Source of the DNA: Leptogorgia sarmentosa
Taxonomy: Eukaryota
Length of the DNA: 64,000 bases
Reading direction: 5' to 3'
NCBI GenBank assembly: GCA_964658305.1
Contig: OZ210884.1
Coordinates: 620,001-684,000, forward strand
Below, in pieces: positions 60,731-64,000 of the stretch (positions within the stretch are counted from its first letter, which is position 1; each line of letters begins with the position of its first letter). Under the pieces are notes generated by a model that was given only the letters and a program-made list of their open reading frames with translations, was not told the origin of the DNA and searched no databases. Both the position numbers and the translations under genes were made by a program.

Positions 60731-63700
60731 AGACAAGGGGGAGTACTTTCCATGACAAATGTTATAAATGTACTGCTCTTATAAATACTTCTGTCGTTCA
60801 TGAGCCAATATTCAATTAATTTCCCAAAGGCATAACAAGGCACTCGTTTAACAACAAAACAGCTGATTTCCATAGAGGTCACTTTTTTTTGGGACACCCT
60901 GTGCAGGTCATGATCACGTTTTTGAGGGGACACCCTGTATTGTTTGCACCGGTGCAAGTTTACACTATACACAACCTAACACACCGCCACCGGTTGACAG
61001 TTGGACAAATTTTGACGCATAATTTTGTGATAGTAATGTTCGATCGTGTGTAATTATTGTGTTGGAACTAGCTAGTAACAACAAATTGGGGAAATTTTAA
61101 TTCCAAAAAGAATCCCTGTGTGTTGTGCTATAACAGGCGAAGCCAGGAATAAACAAATAAACCGGTAAACACCAATATTTCATGCAGGAATTCTAAATTA
61201 CAGTTTTTGGTGTTATTATGTTGCAATACATATTGAACTGAATATATTTATCACAATAATATTATAGGGAATTGACAATAGGTGTAGTCGGAATCTTTGA
61301 AGTTCGTGTCCCCACGCATGTCGCACCACGCATTTTATTACCATTATGGCAGCCATGCAGTCAATAGCATTTTGCTGATCTGACGGCGGCCAGCCAGTAA
61401 ACTGCACCCTGGGTTAGGTTTAGGCTAAAGCCCCCCTTCATTTTTTTCCGGGAGTGAATCATAATATTCTTAGTATCCCTCCCCCCCTTTTTAGATTGCT
61501 TTGCCGGGTGGCCCCTGACCTTGTCACTCTCCCACTACAAATTGCAGTTTAATTCTTTGAAAGTTTGCATGGTGAAGTTTGTAGTTTACACCACGTATCT
61601 TATTAAATTATAATAAATTTAATAAAATCACGGTAATAAAATTACGTGTCAGTGTGCAAACTACAAACTATAAATTGCAATTTATGATCTTCCACTACAT
61701 GAAGTATTTCTTTGGCGCCACAACAAAATATTTTGCAACAATCATGTGCGGATCATGTGATTTTTGTAACCCAAGTCCAAGTCCTGGCCACTGAGCCTTG
61801 ACCAGGCGCCTTTAATATACGCATTACTGAATCGAGGGTGGATGCGCTTTTGTTTTTTTATATTTCTTCTCAAGACGCATAATTCTTTACTGTGAGATTG
61901 TGTTCAGGTATGTGCTGCTAATATGCTAGAAATTGTTACTAAATATTGGAACAGAATTTCTTGTTGATTGTGTCAAGACTGTCAAGTTGACACAAGTCAT
62001 CTGCTCAACTGCCAACTGTGCTGCGATGTTTTCAAACCTGATTGCTCAATATGAACGATATGTATGCTTAGCTGACAAAATGTTAAAGAGTTATATAATG
62101 TACGTAAAGTGTACCTACAGTCTGTATGTGGCTCAATATTTATGCTGTTACAGTAGCCAGTAGGTAGTTACATGCAAAAATGTATGATTGTTCTAATTGC
62201 TGACATGCATGTGTATTCTACTTTTTTATCATAGTATACGAGAAACAATGTTTGTACCTTTAATAACTGAGGACCAGAGGCCTTACCACTAGACAAATAA
62301 GTTTCAGCTTTAACTTTTGGCAACTCAGCAACACAAAGACATGATATTTTCTGTTGGAAAATCTTCCTGAATATCTCAACTCAATGGGCAAGGCGGGGCA
62401 TCTCTAAAAAACATTTCAAAGCTAGTGAATACTGGATTCTTACAAAATGTGTTAGTACATTTAGGCACAATCTCATGTCTTTCAGAAAGCCATACAAATG
62501 TTATGCATGAAAAGAGGGCACATTCCTTTTAAAAAGGGCACTTTTTCTTATAACTGTAAATTGGGGGGGGGGGGGGGGCACCATGCCCCCAGTTCCTACG
62601 GCACTGCTCTGGACATTAACACAGATGGCTTTTATTGTGCAATAATCATGCCTTGCATTTCAAGGTGCTTGAAACGTACCATGTATCCAACATATTTATT
62701 GGTTGTAGATCTAGCAGTGAGCTTATTAAGGGCCTTGAAGGTTTTTTCTAAATCAATTTGATCCCAAGACTGCATTTCATATTTACCCAATAACCTTGTT
62801 TTCAATCAGGTTCACTTTTACCAGACTGAGTGCTTTCCTAGGGTGTATCAAAGGCGTTTAGCTTGAACAGTGGATAACCAAAAATTTGAAAACACTCTAT
62901 TCATCTTGCAAATAATTGAACTTGAATTTTATAGTCTATAGTTCCTAGATCTGTTTAATATTTTTTACTTCTAGTATCTGCCATTAAAATCCTTTAATAT
63001 AACCAGGCCCCTTGTTTTTATACCACTACATTTCTGGAACAAAATATTATTATGTGAGTTTAAACTCTCTTACAAATGCATCCTACAGTAGCACTGCAAT
63101 GCAAAACCATGCAAAACATGACTGAGGACTGTTAGGTATTCACTCAGGCTACTTGGGTGGTCTGTATACCAGTGATTCAAAAAATAAGGTTGTCCTAAAA
63201 AACCACTGAGTTTTACGAATCAAAGTGCACTCCTACTCAAAGAAAGGCTATACTTAAGGTCGCGCACAACGATCTGCTGGAGGCATTGACAGAGTGTTTG
63301 GCGACACTCCTTTATATGAAAAAAGTGCGTGCACTCTCTCTAGCATTAATAAAGTTAATTCAAGAATATTTCTAGCTTTAATAAAGTGATGATAATATAA
63401 AATTATTTCCTTTTGTATTATAGCTATAATTTTTGGTTCTGCATTTTGATGCTCTGTGTTTTGATGCTCTATTTACTTGCACAAGACAAGTGTGAGATGT
63501 AATCAATGTCCCCTACTCTGTCACAATCAGTGGAATACTGGACTCTTATATTATATGGCATGTGTCATGTCAGATTAATAATTTAATAATTGACAATTAT
63601 TATACTATTAATAATTAATTACATACGGGAGTGACCGTATTGTCGGCGCACGCACGTAAACAACTAAGGATGATGAAATAGCCCTATTCAACCTTAGTTT

Positions 63701-64000
63701 ACATAATAAACCGGGCTGCATATGAATTTACTTGCATTGTCTTGATCGTGCTTATCTAATTTTTACTGATTGCACTTAGTTATTCAAGTATTTTGCTCCA
63801 CTACCTTCGGCTCTCTCTTGCCATTCAGGCTGGTATTAATGTATTTGTCTACACTTTCACAACATAGCAAATGATAAGTTCCTCAAAATATATTGTATAA
63901 AATAATTTTGAAATATTTTTTGTGCATATTTTTGTCGACTAGATGTATGAAAAAAAAATCTGAAAAATCTTACCTGAAATAAAAATGAGGTTTTTGTGGC

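Overview
Eukaryotic, intron-rich, AT-rich animal DNA. It looks like a marine invertebrate, possibly a cnidarian (inference only). Three host genes, all on the minus strand, were assembled by hand with phase-consistent splice sites: an ETS-domain factor of the ELF/ESE (EHF-like) type (9022-12521), TMEM117 (29905-38435, 6 coding exons) and a complete UHRF1 (39902-55618, 22 coding exons, one GC-AG intron, upstream non-coding exon and E2F-site promoter at ~59.0-59.4 kb). The first 8 kb are a transposon nest. It holds a DIRS-type tyrosine-recombinase retrotransposon (gag, RT-RNaseH-MT, YR; 1047-7824) bounded by perfect 49-bp inverted termini and carrying six MITE insertions; removing the three top-level insertions in coding sequence restores the reading frames. 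Next to it is a 437-bp fold-back element with Polinton/Maverick hallmarks (AGTAG termini, ~200-bp TIRs, 6-bp TSD). Other notable items are a 108-bp MITE that carries a palindromic E2F site into the UHRF1 promoter, a Pol III tRNA-like cassette inside a TIR element, two copies of one host repeat interrupted at almost the same position by different elements, a minimal hammerhead-ribozyme core, a decayed LINE RT and many small MITEs. There are no prokaryotic systems or CRISPR arrays. All coordinates were read by eye and no database searches were run.
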